Source: a virus (taxonomy: Duplodnaviria > Caudoviricetes). Taken from it: a stretch of DNA of 48,392 bases. The notes beneath the pieces were generated by a model. The model was not told where the DNA came from, did no database searches, and saw nothing but the letters and a program-made list of their open reading frames with translations. Position 1 is the stretch's first letter, and each line of letters starts with the position of its first letter. The stretch covers positions 1-48,392 of IMG/VR virus record IMGVR_UViG_3300005253_000348; one strand, 5' to 3'. Positions 16,757 to 27,172 of the stretch are shown piece after piece. Position numbers and translations under genes: made by a program.

Positions 16757-19700
16757 ATAATTTCATCTGTTGAATTATTGTCCGTACAGTTAAAGGCAGG
16801 GGCAAACTCTGCCTTACGATTAAGTCCCCGTTAAGTCCGTACTGGCCCGGGAAAGTTACTTGTTTCTCGCCAGTAAATAACGGTACAGCCACACCCATAG
16901 CGTCCGTTGTTTTCCTGAACGGAATGTCATATAATTGGTCAGATGTTCCATCTTCTTTTAACGAGCCGTATGTGCAGCCGAGACTGTTATGGAAAGAAAA
17001 GACCGCCCTGTGCGTCCTCTTGACCTTCCCCCTTATAGACTGGCCCGGAAAATCAAGTTTCATCGGTATCAATTCGGAATTGTAGGGCAGGCCCATGTGG
17101 ACTTTATTATAATATTCTGTCAAGATTATCACGCCGGAAGTTACTACAACGTCAGCATGAACCGAACCATCACCTAAGACCGATACTGTTTTGCCCTCTA
17201 AATGGCCCGCGCCAGAAAAGGTATTATCTACTTTCTCGACTGTCCCTGCGATGGTAATAGTAATCGTCCCGGCCACAATGGCCTTGTTAGACATTGTAAA
17301 CCAATCGTCCTTTAGGGCCGTAATAGTCGTGTCGTCCGGTATTCCCGTACCCGTTATCGGCGCTCCTACCGAAATCTTGGCTATGTCGGCGGCGCTTACA
17401 TTCGTTATATCTTCACTGTCGTAAGTCGTATCGCCGGTAATCGAGGCCGCGAAAGCCGTAAAAGACAGACTGTTTATATCTACTGTGTCCAGTTTGTCCC
17501 TGAGTTCAAAGGTTTTGGCGCTTGTGTTCGGATTCGATACGGTAAAGACCTCATTTCTTACCTGAGTCATCCCCCCAACATATCGTATCCTGATTTGGTC
17601 GCCGTCAGCTACATTATTTCCATCGCCGTCCGTCGGGTAGGTGTCCATCGTTACAACAGCGGGGTTGGCTTTGGTTATCCCTGTTATAGTTACCGCGTCG
17701 CCGCCGTCAAAAGTCAGGCCGGAATCCACAAAGAAGCAGTCTTTTTGGTCATCACCCCAATCGCGGGGTTTCATATATTCGATACAGCGAATGACAGTAC
17801 CATCGGCTTTTGTTCTTTTTACGATCCACCAGACCTCATCTTCGTTTACACCGGGAATTACGCCGACATCTTCAAACAAACCGTCCGTCTCAACCGGGAA
17901 CCATCCCCAAATCTTTTCACCCGGCTCAAATGTCATACCGATCCCCTTGCCGTTTGCCAAAACGCACCACAATACCGGTTCCGGCTGCTGCTGGTAGGCC
18001 ATACTTACTATGCCTGATTTGGTGATATGCTCCGAGAGTGTTGAATAGTCAAACGCATCGTAACCCCCGGATTCGCCCTGATCGAAAACAAACTGAGCAC
18101 CCCTGACTACTCTTCCTTCCTGTTGTACGAATAAAACCACACTTGCCAGCATGATGGCCTGTATATCCCTGCTGCCGTAAGCTGTTTGGAGTTTGGGCCT
18201 TGTCGGGTTGCCCGGCGTCAGTGGTTCGGAAGCGTCAAAAGCACCTAACTTCCATTCCGCACCGGCTGTACCCATGAGTAAAATATCTTTGGATATAAGC
18301 CACCGGATAGCATTCATCTCGCCGGCAGCGAGAGAATATGAAACAGCTTGGTCGTCCAGCGTACCCCCCCTGAAGTTCTCCCAGTCGAAAGTCACACTGC
18401 CCTTGAGGTTGTGTGGCTCAAAGCGCGTACCGCCTGCCATCAACCGTTCTTCGTGGAATGTAGCACAAGGCGGATAGCCCCTCTCATCGCTCCATGCGCC
18501 CTCAGACCATAGCTTCGTGGCCGACTCACTGTTTATTATCCTCACGACCTCACCGGTTGCTACCGTTGAACTCGTAAAGGCAGTTACCTTGACTATGCCG
18601 TAATGGTAATAACGCTCTACAGATATATTGGCGGTGCAATCGCCCGTCCATGCAGTAGCCAGCGAGCGCATTCGAAGCCACGCATCGCCGACTTCTTCGT
18701 TGCCTGATATGTTGAAATTCGGGTCGCCCGCTACATTCCTTTCAAACGCATCACCCAGCGAGTGCCAAGTTGAACCATCATCGTAGCTTCTCTCCACGAC
18801 AATCCTGCCCGTCCATGTTCCGGCAGTGCGAAAATTCCAGCTACCGATTACATCTTTTAACGAACTACTGGTTTGCGCGGCTGCTGAAAAAGCGTTCCTT
18901 ATCGTATTTGGCGATACCGTCTCATCGGCGGTTCTCTTGTGTTTTATCAGCCAGAACGAGCCTACATGGTTTTCTGTGAAGATAGATTTCAGTGCCGTCA
19001 TTGTTACCGCAAGGTCAACTGCTAAAGGCGCAGACCCCGCACCCGTTACCGTAATAGTCGTATCGGTTTTGTTCTCGGACATGAACGGGGGCCAGTCGAA
19101 AACAATACTCTCTAACAACCAGTCGTCATGCGCGAACCTTGATAATTTCCGGGGGTTATAGTCAGGGTGGAAACCGTACAGAACGTCCGCCGACTGAATC
19201 CTCTGTATCCCGAACAGATCGGCCTCAAGGTAAGGGCTGGTTATTTCGTAGATAACCGTGCTGGATACCGAAGCCACTTCGGCGGCGGTCAAAACATCAC
19301 CGAATACCGCTACGTTGTCTATCTTGTCCGCCCATATATGGCCTAATGCGTCAGCCGCGTCGATTCGGGCACCGATACGAACATCGATAGCGCCAGCCAC
19401 CATTTTGACGTAACTGGCATTGTTCGCAGCGGTCGAATCCACCGCTGCGCCATCTACATATAATGTAATGTAATTGGCGGCGGTCTCTTTTGTCCACGAA
19501 CCATGTTCTCCCTCGTAAGTAGCGATTATATTATGCCAGCCCTGCGCCAAGGCATCGTCCGAAGTGGCCTTTATTTCTATATTGTTCGTCTCATCATAAA
19601 GGGCTAACACCAGCGTTTGGTCAGTATCTATATACAACCGCCACTCCCTATCCGTCGCGCCCTTCCATTTTGAAATAAGCGTCTGCGTAGCGCCGACAAG

Positions 19701-20273
19701 AGTAACGTATCCCATTGCCATCAAACTGAAATCACCATCAACACCTTCTACAAAAGAAAAGTCTGCATGACTGGTGATTACGACGGCATCTTTGCCGTTA
19801 AGATTAAAACAACCTGTCCCTACTTTGCCTGTTTCATGGCGATCTTCGGTATCAGCTACGGCAAGTACCCCGTCGTGTGTATTACCATCATCATCAAGGA
19901 CGGCATTAGTTCCCAAATCGTCATTCAGTAACCAGTGGCCCTTGATATTGTCCAGAGCGCTTAAATCTTCCGTTCCCGCCGGCGTTAATATCTGGCCCCT
20001 GTCCTTGATAAATCTTATGTACTGATCGCCATACTCCAGCATGTAAGCCTGAACGGTGGAATACTTGAAAGGGAACAGCTTTGCTTTCTCGGAACTGTCC
20101 TTGACCTCAGCTGCATAATAAAGCCCTGGCCTCCTGACGGCAGGGCCGTAGCGGGTGCATATCATATTTAACGCGCTGCGGCAAGCGGAATAGAACTTCT
20201 CTAAATCACTCCGCCCGTCGAGGAGCGGGCTCCATTCGCCACCTGAAAAACTACGTTGTATTATATCGGCCAC
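16749..20273 (-). CDS. tail tubular protein B/nozzle with inserted LamG-like domain
   Basis: QRSFSGGEWSP...RRPG...GYPPCATFHEERL...LPLTV; insertion GHWLLNDD...WHNIIATY...LYVDG...IDNVAVFGDVLTAAEV. Confidence 0.85.
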   Translation of the reverse strand: MADIIQRSFSGGEWSPLLDGRSDLEKFYSACRSALNMICTRYGPAVRRPGLYYAAEVKDSSEKAKLFPFKYSTVQAYMLEYGDQYIRFIKDRGQILTPAGTEDLSALDNIKGHWLLNDDLGTNAVLDDDGNTHDGVLAVADTEDRHETGKVGTGCFNLNGKDAVVITSHADFSFVEGVDGDFSLMAMGYVTLVGATQTLISKWKGATDREWRLYIDTDQTLVLALYDETNNIEIKATSDDALAQGWHNIIATYEGEHGSWTKETAANYITLYVDGAAVDSTAANNASYVKMVAGAIDVRIGARIDAADALGHIWADKIDNVAVFGDVLTAAEVASVSSTVIYEITSPYLEADLFGIQRIQSADVLYGFHPDYNPRKLSRFAHDDWLLESIVFDWPPFMSENKTDTTITVTGAGSAPLAVDLAVTMTALKSIFTENHVGSFWLIKHKRTADETVSPNTIRNAFSAAAQTSSSLKDVIGSWNFRTAGTWTGRIVVERSYDDGSTWHSLGDAFERNVAGDPNFNISGNEEVGDAWLRMRSLATAWTGDCTANISVERYYHYGIVKVTAFTSSTVATGEVVRIINSESATKLWSEGAWSDERGYPPCATFHEERLMAGGTRFEPHNLKGSVTFDWENFRGGTLDDQAVSYSLAAGEMNAIRWLISKDILLMGTAGAEWKLGAFDASEPLTPGNPTRPKLQTAYGSRDIQAIMLASVVLFVQQEGRVVRGAQFVFDQGESGGYDAFDYSTLSEHITKSGIVSMAYQQQPEPVLWCVLANGKGIGMTFEPGEKIWGWFPVETDGLFEDVGVIPGVNEDEVWWIVKRTKADGTVIRCIEYMKPRDWGDDQKDCFFVDSGLTFDGGDAVTITGITKANPAVVTMDTYPTDGDGNNVADGDQIRIRYVGGMTQVRNEVFTVSNPNTSAKTFELRDKLDTVDINSLSFTAFAASITGDTTYDSEDITNVSAADIAKISVGAPITGTGIPDDTTITALKDDWFTMSNKAIVAGTITITIAGTVEKVDNTFSGAGHLEGKTVSVLGDGSVHADVVVTSGVIILTEYYNKVHMGLPYNSELIPMKLDFPGQSIRGKVKRTHRAVFSFHNSLGCTYGSLKEDGTSDQLYDIPFRKTTDAMGVAVPLFTGEKQVTFPGQYGLNGDLIVRQSLPLPLTVRTIIQQMKLYG

Positions 20274-20282
20274 TTTATATCC

Positions 20283-23200
20283 TTAATCGTGGTAGTGGAT
20301 TTCGATTGTTCCTATTATGTTGTCCCAAACTAAAACGCCTGTCTCATCATAGTTTACTGACAAAATATCACCTTTGTCGAATTCATAAGTACCATGAGCA
20401 AAGGGTGGGTCTGTTATCTCTACTTCTCTGCTCGGCGTGCCATCACCAGTAAAAGTCAGGGTCGCTCCCATATCAACGTCATCTTCAAATATCTCAATCT
20501 CCAAAGTATCTAAATTGGTTTCTGTGGTGAATGTCAGACTGACCCCTTGTCCAAGAATGCAACCATCTCGAATTGCAGTGAACCCTACATCCGCAGCAAA
20601 CCGTATGGTCTGTAACACACTCCCTGTTTCCATACGAGCAAATCCATCTGCACTCGCCGCTATTGTGTCGGCCCATTGTAAACTCTGGCGGGTGTTGGCT
20701 ATATACTGAGTTACTTCTATAGTCCCATCAGCCCTTATAGCCATTTGTTTTACTTCTGTATCTGAGCCATCAGGAGAAGTCCAAAACTCAATCATTCCAG
20801 GCATATCATCAGCACCTGGGTCTCCATCTACTAACACTCTAATACTTGCAGCATCGGCCCAAGCAGTACCATCCCAGCCCACAAACCAAACTCTACCGAT
20901 AGCTCCACCATTTGTTACTATTGTCCCTGCACCAAAATCCCCCCTCGCCTTTCTTATCTTAATACCTGAGGGAGCAGAGGTTGTATCCTTGTATCTATCA
21001 AAAAACGCCGGAACACCTTCTACTGCTATTACAATGCTATTGAATAATCTGCCAAACGCAGAACTATCGACAGCAGCCGAGTCATACAGGTTCCCAAGAA
21101 TAGTATTATTAACTTCTAAGCTATCATCTTTTATTCCTTCGGCCTCTGTATTGGAGACGAAGTTATTAGATACATTATTTAACTCACATTCTTCTCCAAT
21201 ATAAATTCCATAAGCATTTTTTGTAGCGTGAGCGTCTACACCGATGATTATATTATTAGTAACTACGTTGTAATGCGAAGGAGTAGTAAAAGGAGCATTT
21301 TCATCTGCTATATATATAGCTGCAATGTCTGTATCAGTCCTCGTACCATCTCCTATGTCGTATAGTATATTATCTGTCATTACACAATAATTAGAAGCAT
21401 TTTCTAATTCCAAACCATGCCCTCCGGTATCCCAAACTATATTATGCGTGTAGATATTTCTCCTCGCCGCATCGTTATCCATGCCATTATCACCACAATC
21501 GTGGATTCGGTTAGCTGTGAATAAAAGGTCTATAGCATTATTGATGTCTGCTCCGTCATCATCTATGTTGACTATCTCACAATGTCTAATAGTACAATGC
21601 TCAGGAGTACCTGTGCAAAAAATCCCATCCTGGCCGTTCCGTTCTGAATTATCTGTGCCATCAAAATTTGCAATCTTCACATATTCAATAATAACTTTAC
21701 ATGGGTCGTTAAGATGTAGACCTGCAAACGTATAAGTACTCACAGCTACATCTTCTCCACTAACTGTTAGACGTGATAAGGTATTGTGTCCATCTGCGGC
21801 GGCCCAACTTATCATTTTCGTGTTCGCTCCTAAAGCATTAGACCACTTAATGAAAGTAACATCCATGCCTTGCCCTTTAACATTAACAGTTCCCTCCATA
21901 ACAAGGCCCGTTTCCAAATTAAAACTACCAGTAGAAAGCTCCACTGTACCAACAGTCAAAGCATCTATTGCCTCTTGAATTTCTGTATCATTTGTACCGT
22001 CAGAAGTATAATCTGCTCTTGTAATTTCAGCAGCCGTAGCATCAGACGCCGCTACAAATAAGGTCGCAGTTCCGCCGGTTTTTACCGTTACTGTTCCCGT
22101 TGCTGTTAAGTTTGCAGTTGTTATTGTTCCATCAACTAACAAATTATTATCACCTGCATCACTATCACCGCCAACATGTAACCCGCCGTTTATTGAAAGT
22201 TTAGATGCTGGTGTAGTTGTGTTGATGCCAACGTTTCCATTCAAAAGGTTATATTCCGAAGCATAAAATCTCATTGGAATATTAGCAGATAGGGCATCAT
22301 TAAATGCCGCAAGCGCCAACTCAGAACTTTGAAGACCGATACCAAGATTTATGTCGGCTGCTCGCCTAATAATAAGTTTATAATTGGCGTCCACCGTAGT
22401 AAGTCCGATGCCGACGTTGCCCCCTTGCAAATTCATAACACTATTACCACTTGAATCGCCTAAATGTAAATCACTAATTTCAGCTTGAATATACATATCT
22501 GTATTCCCAGATGACCCATCACCTGCATAACAAGTTCTACTCCAAACGCCTGCATCTGTTCCTCCAAATTCAATAAACGCAGCGGTTGCCGAGGCTGTTG
22601 CACCCGTATCTCTAAGCCTCAAAACAGGGCTTGATGATTGTATCTCTAAATCTTCCCCCGGGCTCGCCGTCCCAATCCCGATAGTACCTGCGTTGGAAAT
22701 GTTGCCACTCGTATCTATGTCTATGCCACTGGATACAATCGAGAAATCATCATCCCCGCCAGAGCCGATGACGACAGTGCCATTTGTTGTAAGCGAAGTA
22801 ATCCCGTCTACTGTACCACCATTTATATCAAAGTTGCTGCCGCTAATTTCGTCGTTGCCCATCTCCAAGGTAACGTCTACAAAAACAACCCTTTTATTTG
22901 TATAGTCAAAGAGCACATAATCGCCATTGACTGTGGTACGCCAATAGATATCAAAGCCATAATCAGAATCGCCTATATTCCAGTCGTTATCTTCGCTCGT
23001 AGCATTGAATGTTGTCATTTCAAGAGAGTCACCGTCATAAAGAAACTTAGCACCTCTTCCCGAGCCCTCAACGCCAAAGGCAAGGGAAGCGTTATTCTCA
23101 AAGTGCATTTGGTTATTGGTCCTATCCCAGTCAACATCCCGCCCCGCCGTAGCCCCGTCAAAGTGAACATCGCCGTTAAGAACTGTATCGCCAGACAAAG

Positions 23201-24470
23201 TAACTGTATCCCCCGCATTTATATTGTCCAACTGGTCGCCATGATTCTGCCATACGCTTGAGGGGAGCATGAAAGTTATATGCGCATCAGTAGACCCTTC
23301 CAATGTCGCGGTTATGGTAACGTTCTGGCCATTTGAGATATTGCCATATAGTTCAAAGAGCAGTCTTTTCGTAACGCCCGTAAGGACTTCATCCCTTACC
23401 ACGGCATGTATATCGTAGCTTTCTGCCGAATTGGTAATTCTTTCCTGAATTTCGCTGGTAACAACCAACGTCTTATTGGAAGAGCCATCGGCGTCTACAA
23501 AGCTGAGTGTCCAGTAAACATCCGTAGGTGCCCCTCCAGCGTTCTTGTTCAAGTGTATGTGGCAGTCATAAACACCTGTCCTTAAATCAAGGGTTCCTGG
23601 TACGCCCGCCTCACTCAACCACGAGAGAGCTAATTGGTCGTCTACGCCTGCGTTGAGAGGTGTAGGGTTAGATTCCGTGCTCTCAGCCTCACCTGTTTCC
23701 AATGGAAACATGACGTGAGTGTCGGCCACTACCCCATCATCAGTATCAGATAAGAAAAGGTCAAAAGAAGAACCCACGGCAAGGTCTACATATTCTTTAG
23801 TTGCAAGGTGGTTAGGGTCAAATGGGAAAATGCCTTTGAATACAGAAGTAAACGCCCCGCCATCGGCGAATAAATTGCCTGTAGTCGTCAGGTTCTCATT
23901 ATCAAAATCTATCTCCCCGCTGTCGGCGGTAATTTTCAGATCACAGCCGCCTACAGTGCCTATTTGGGGGACATCGGTGGTTGTAGAAAACTGAATGTAA
24001 TCATTAGTATCATCATTTGATATTAGATTCAAAGCTCCCTTGCTGCTGATATTGCCCGTATTTGCATCTTTTCTCCAAAATACTTTTACATAATTACTTG
24101 AATCCTCTGCTATAAAGAATCCAACTTCTACACCATCGTCAGATTCAATTCTAAAACTTGGCCCACCAATTATTTTTATAGCAGGAACGTTGCCGCTTGT
24201 GAAAAAATCAAGGTAGTCATCTGTATCGCCGGAAGGCTGTAACTTAACGCTACCAGCGGGTGCTCCTATCCAATCACCAGAAGGTGCTACAGTTAAATTG
24301 CCACTCGAATCTACCGTAAAATCGGCCTGATTAGAAGCATCATACGCGAGTTCTAACTGCTGGGAAGTAGTGGTAATAGTAACCTTGCCGGGAAAAAACT
24401 CATCATCTATTGCCCCCGTCAGGACAAACAAAAGTAAAAAACAAACCATTGTCATCATCCATTTATTCAT
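20283..24470 (-). CDS. tailspike/fibre-like protein with right-handed beta-helix and signal-peptide-like N-terminus
   Basis: ~1395 aa; GNVGIG-type repeats; EIQEAIDAL plus Asn/Gly parallel beta-helix repeats (~21090-22065); start ATG 24470 overlaps upstream stop. Confidence 0.7.
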   Translation of the reverse strand: MNKWMMTMVCFLLLFVLTGAIDDEFFPGKVTITTTSQQLELAYDASNQADFTVDSSGNLTVAPSGDWIGAPAGSVKLQPSGDTDDYLDFFTSGNVPAIKIIGGPSFRIESDDGVEVGFFIAEDSSNYVKVFWRKDANTGNISSKGALNLISNDDTNDYIQFSTTTDVPQIGTVGGCDLKITADSGEIDFDNENLTTTGNLFADGGAFTSVFKGIFPFDPNHLATKEYVDLAVGSSFDLFLSDTDDGVVADTHVMFPLETGEAESTESNPTPLNAGVDDQLALSWLSEAGVPGTLDLRTGVYDCHIHLNKNAGGAPTDVYWTLSFVDADGSSNKTLVVTSEIQERITNSAESYDIHAVVRDEVLTGVTKRLLFELYGNISNGQNVTITATLEGSTDAHITFMLPSSVWQNHGDQLDNINAGDTVTLSGDTVLNGDVHFDGATAGRDVDWDRTNNQMHFENNASLAFGVEGSGRGAKFLYDGDSLEMTTFNATSEDNDWNIGDSDYGFDIYWRTTVNGDYVLFDYTNKRVVFVDVTLEMGNDEISGSNFDINGGTVDGITSLTTNGTVVIGSGGDDDFSIVSSGIDIDTSGNISNAGTIGIGTASPGEDLEIQSSSPVLRLRDTGATASATAAFIEFGGTDAGVWSRTCYAGDGSSGNTDMYIQAEISDLHLGDSSGNSVMNLQGGNVGIGLTTVDANYKLIIRRAADINLGIGLQSSELALAAFNDALSANIPMRFYASEYNLLNGNVGINTTTPASKLSINGGLHVGGDSDAGDNNLLVDGTITTANLTATGTVTVKTGGTATLFVAASDATAAEITRADYTSDGTNDTEIQEAIDALTVGTVELSTGSFNLETGLVMEGTVNVKGQGMDVTFIKWSNALGANTKMISWAAADGHNTLSRLTVSGEDVAVSTYTFAGLHLNDPCKVIIEYVKIANFDGTDNSERNGQDGIFCTGTPEHCTIRHCEIVNIDDDGADINNAIDLLFTANRIHDCGDNGMDNDAARRNIYTHNIVWDTGGHGLELENASNYCVMTDNILYDIGDGTRTDTDIAAIYIADENAPFTTPSHYNVVTNNIIIGVDAHATKNAYGIYIGEECELNNVSNNFVSNTEAEGIKDDSLEVNNTILGNLYDSAAVDSSAFGRLFNSIVIAVEGVPAFFDRYKDTTSAPSGIKIRKARGDFGAGTIVTNGGAIGRVWFVGWDGTAWADAASIRVLVDGDPGADDMPGMIEFWTSPDGSDTEVKQMAIRADGTIEVTQYIANTRQSLQWADTIAASADGFARMETGSVLQTIRFAADVGFTAIRDGCILGQGVSLTFTTETNLDTLEIEIFEDDVDMGATLTFTGDGTPSREVEITDPPFAHGTYEFDKGDILSVNYDETGVLVWDNIIGTIEIHYHD

Positions 24471-25225
24471 GCTATCTGTATCTTCTTTCCTGTCACTACC
24501 CATGCGTCACCTGTTCTTCTTTCAAATATTTCATAAGCACCAGCTATTCTTCGGCGGGTGTTCCCATTTGAGCCCGGTACATTGCCGGGTTTCACAAGTT
24601 CTATCGAAGCCACAGAGATATTGCTCACCTTCACCCACGCGCTGCCGTTCCACTGGACCATATCACCGATAGTAGGAGAGCCGACAGCGACATCATTCAA
24701 GTCGTTAAAGTTCTGGACCAAAGGCGCAGATTCGCCGCTCGCTGGTTTATTCTCAAGGTCTTTGCCCGCCGAGTCCCAGCCGATGAATTGGTTTGCTGCC
24801 GGTTCGGGGAAAACGATACCTGTTGTCGATGAGTGGATAGGGAATTTGGGGGATCGTGCCAATTGCTCCAATAATTGCAATATTCGTATAACGGCACGGT
24901 CGAAATCGTCTTGATGCTGAGTTTCAGAGTGGCTGTCAAGGTTAAGCCATTTGGTCTGCTGCGTGTCGGGGATATGGCGAATGATCAAAAGTGTGCCCGC
25001 CACCAGCGGCGCTGTAAAGCCATCAGTCGATACCGTACCCCCATACTTGGTAAAGATTACACCGTAATCCGAATTGAGCGTAAGCTGGGCGTATAAGCCT
25101 CCAGTGGCCTTGAAATAGACTTCGACTTCCGTCTCGTTAAATATGAGTAGGTCGAAATCGAAATCCTCAACGATGCCATCGGTCGTCAGTTCTGCGGTCC
25201 TGTTTGTTTCTGAGGCTACTGTCAT
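24467..25225 (-). CDS. second T7 gp17-type tail-fibre adaptor domain protein
   Basis: TDGIVEDFDFDLLIF...LTLNSDYGV...GGTV...HQDDFDRAVIRILQL; FIGWD; LNDV repeat. Confidence 0.7.
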   Translation of the reverse strand: MTVASETNRTAELTTDGIVEDFDFDLLIFNETEVEVYFKATGGLYAQLTLNSDYGVIFTKYGGTVSTDGFTAPLVAGTLLIIRHIPDTQQTKWLNLDSHSETQHQDDFDRAVIRILQLLEQLARSPKFPIHSSTTGIVFPEPAANQFIGWDSAGKDLENKPASGESAPLVQNFNDLNDVAVGSPTIGDMVQWNGSAWVKVSNISVASIELVKPGNVPGSNGNTRRRIAGAYEIFERRTGDAWVVTGKKIQIA

Positions 25226-25812
25226 CTCTGTCCACCTGCTGATTGCCATGTATCCTTACCTTTTTCGTCAACATATCCCTCTGAGGCGTCCGATGTTTTG
25301 GCCCTCGGCAAAACCACCCTCTCCAAATACTCTATTAGCTCAAGGCGTAAGCGGTTTTCCTGTTGCAAGGGAAAAGTCAACCGTATCGCTATCTGGGTCG
25401 AAATAGCTTCGACTAAAAGCGGGTCGAACTCGTTCACGTCCGTTATCCGTTTGGTGTAAACCATTTCGCATGTACTCTGGCTGGTATAAATAGCCCGCCC
25501 TTCTTTCTTCCAGTCGTACAGGTCATTGTTAATCGTGCGGACTTTCAGGCAATACGGGTTCGCGGGGAACAGGAAGCGATAGGCCAATTTGTGTGTGAAG
25601 TCGGTAGAATCATAAGTTGCATCACTGGCAACGATCTTCGTGTGCTTGGCGCACCCCCAGTTAGCCATACACAGAACCTCATCCACTGAGGGATCATAAA
25701 AAGTCTGGCATAATCGGGCGTTTGGCGAATCCTCGGTATCAATATTGGCTATCCGGTCCGCACCAACCATACCGAGTCCGACGTTACATATTTCAGTTAT
25801 TGACCTTGCCAT
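25222..25812 (-). CDS. tail tubular protein A (gp11-like)
   Basis: EICNVGLGMVGADRI...ARLCQTFYD...W..A...FDPLLVEAI. Confidence 0.85.
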   Translation of the reverse strand: MARSITEICNVGLGMVGADRIANIDTEDSPNARLCQTFYDPSVDEVLCMANWGCAKHTKIVASDATYDSTDFTHKLAYRFLFPANPYCLKVRTINNDLYDWKKEGRAIYTSQSTCEMVYTKRITDVNEFDPLLVEAISTQIAIRLTFPLQQENRLRLELIEYLERVVLPRAKTSDASEGYVDEKGKDTWQSAGGQR

Positions 25813-27172
25813 TATCGTTCTCCAAACAACATTGATCGAAAACTGTTTTCATTTCGCTCATTCTTGCGTGTCCGCATTTGACCGTTGGGTCGCACCACAA
25901 CTCAAACCCGCATAGTTTTGCCTTTGCAGTAAAGAATAAGTCCTGCCCTAACAGCAACCTGCCGGGTGCGAATACATCCTGATACCACGGCCACCCCATC
26001 TTTTCGTATACATGCCTCTTGACCAGACAGGTAGTTCCTCCGAAGTGATGCGCCCGGAACAGTTCGTTCGGCAGTTCATCGTATTTTACCGGGTCGAACG
26101 CATTATCAGGCGGGTCGGTCGGGTCGTATTTCATTACCGACCAAACCGGCTCTCCCCTGTATATTGGGGTGGCACCGACAATTATATCTTTGTCGTGCGC
26201 CATCAGTCTTTCGATGGCATCGATAGGAGGTAGAACGTCTTTGTCGATAAAGAAAATGTGTGTGACATCCGGCAAATGCTGTAATGTGTTGTAAATCACG
26301 TTGTTCCTGCCGAAAGCTGCGAAGCGGGTGCATTCGTAAAAAGCCACCATGTTAGGTTTGCGCTTTTGGTATTCTACCCATAGGCAGGTCTGGACATCAA
26401 TCTCCCTGTTGTAAGGGAGCGGCACACCGATAACAACAAAGTTGTCGTCCTTGCATTGTGCTATTTTTTCGTTCGCCGCAACTACATCCATGCCGGGCTT
26501 TTCTTCAATAGCTTCCACAGTGATTTGAGTGTTATCAAACGGCACCACTATTTTCTCGCCTGTCGGTTTTGGAGTTTCAGCTACAGGAACGGCCTTTGGC
26601 TTATCCGCTAAGTTCACCCCATCCGCTCTATGCCAGTGGTAGACGTAAATGCCGGTCATCAGACCTACCTTGATGTCCTTGTCCCGCAGGTCCATGTGCA
26701 AGAGGTTGTCGATGCCAGTGAGCCGGTTCGGTTCCAATAATCTGAACGGTACTTGCTTCCATGCTGCTTTCTTATACAACATCACAACCCCGCTAAGTGG
26801 GGCATGGTCCGGGCCGTGACCAATATCTTCGCACACCGTTACGTCTACAGCGTTTGAGCCGTTGTCTTTCTGCATGTTAGCACCTACGTTCCGGTGGTAA
26901 GCCATGTCGTGGTTAATCTTGTTGATGCCCATAGGTATCTGCCATTCGGCGTATGCCCTGTTGACAGTAACCGTCAAACATGAAAACTCCGGGTGCTCTT
27001 TGATAACCTTCTCCATCTGCTGATACCAGTCGGGTGTGGTAAACATGGCATCGTGGTCGATAAAGCAGGCCCAGTCATCGTCATTTGGCAGTAGGCGCAT
27101 AAATTCATTGTACGTCCATGCCAAGTCTCTTTCGTGCTCCTTCGGAGCGTAAGCAATAAATGTGTAAATCAT
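25793..27172 (-). CDS. tandem two-domain GT-A (GT2-like) glycosyltransferase
   Basis: Domain 1 CFIDHD...YVYHWHR; domain 2 GRN...FFIDKD...GQDLFF...WCDPTVKCGH. Confidence 0.8.
   Translation of the reverse strand: MIYTFIAYAPKEHERDLAWTYNEFMRLLPNDDDWACFIDHDAMFTTPDWYQQMEKVIKEHPEFSCLTVTVNRAYAEWQIPMGINKINHDMAYHRNVGANMQKDNGSNAVDVTVCEDIGHGPDHAPLSGVVMLYKKAAWKQVPFRLLEPNRLTGIDNLLHMDLRDKDIKVGLMTGIYVYHWHRADGVNLADKPKAVPVAETPKPTGEKIVVPFDNTQITVEAIEEKPGMDVVAANEKIAQCKDDNFVVIGVPLPYNREIDVQTCLWVEYQKRKPNMVAFYECTRFAAFGRNNVIYNTLQHLPDVTHIFFIDKDVLPPIDAIERLMAHDKDIIVGATPIYRGEPVWSVMKYDPTDPPDNAFDPVKYDELPNELFRAHHFGGTTCLVKRHVYEKMGWPWYQDVFAPGRLLLGQDLFFTAKAKLCGFELWCDPTVKCGHARMSEMKTVFDQCCLENDNGKVNN

Noticed and set aside
9335-25225. 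Diversity-generating retroelement as in BPP-1
   Set aside because: No reverse transcriptase was recognised and no template/variable repeat pair differing at adenines was seen.
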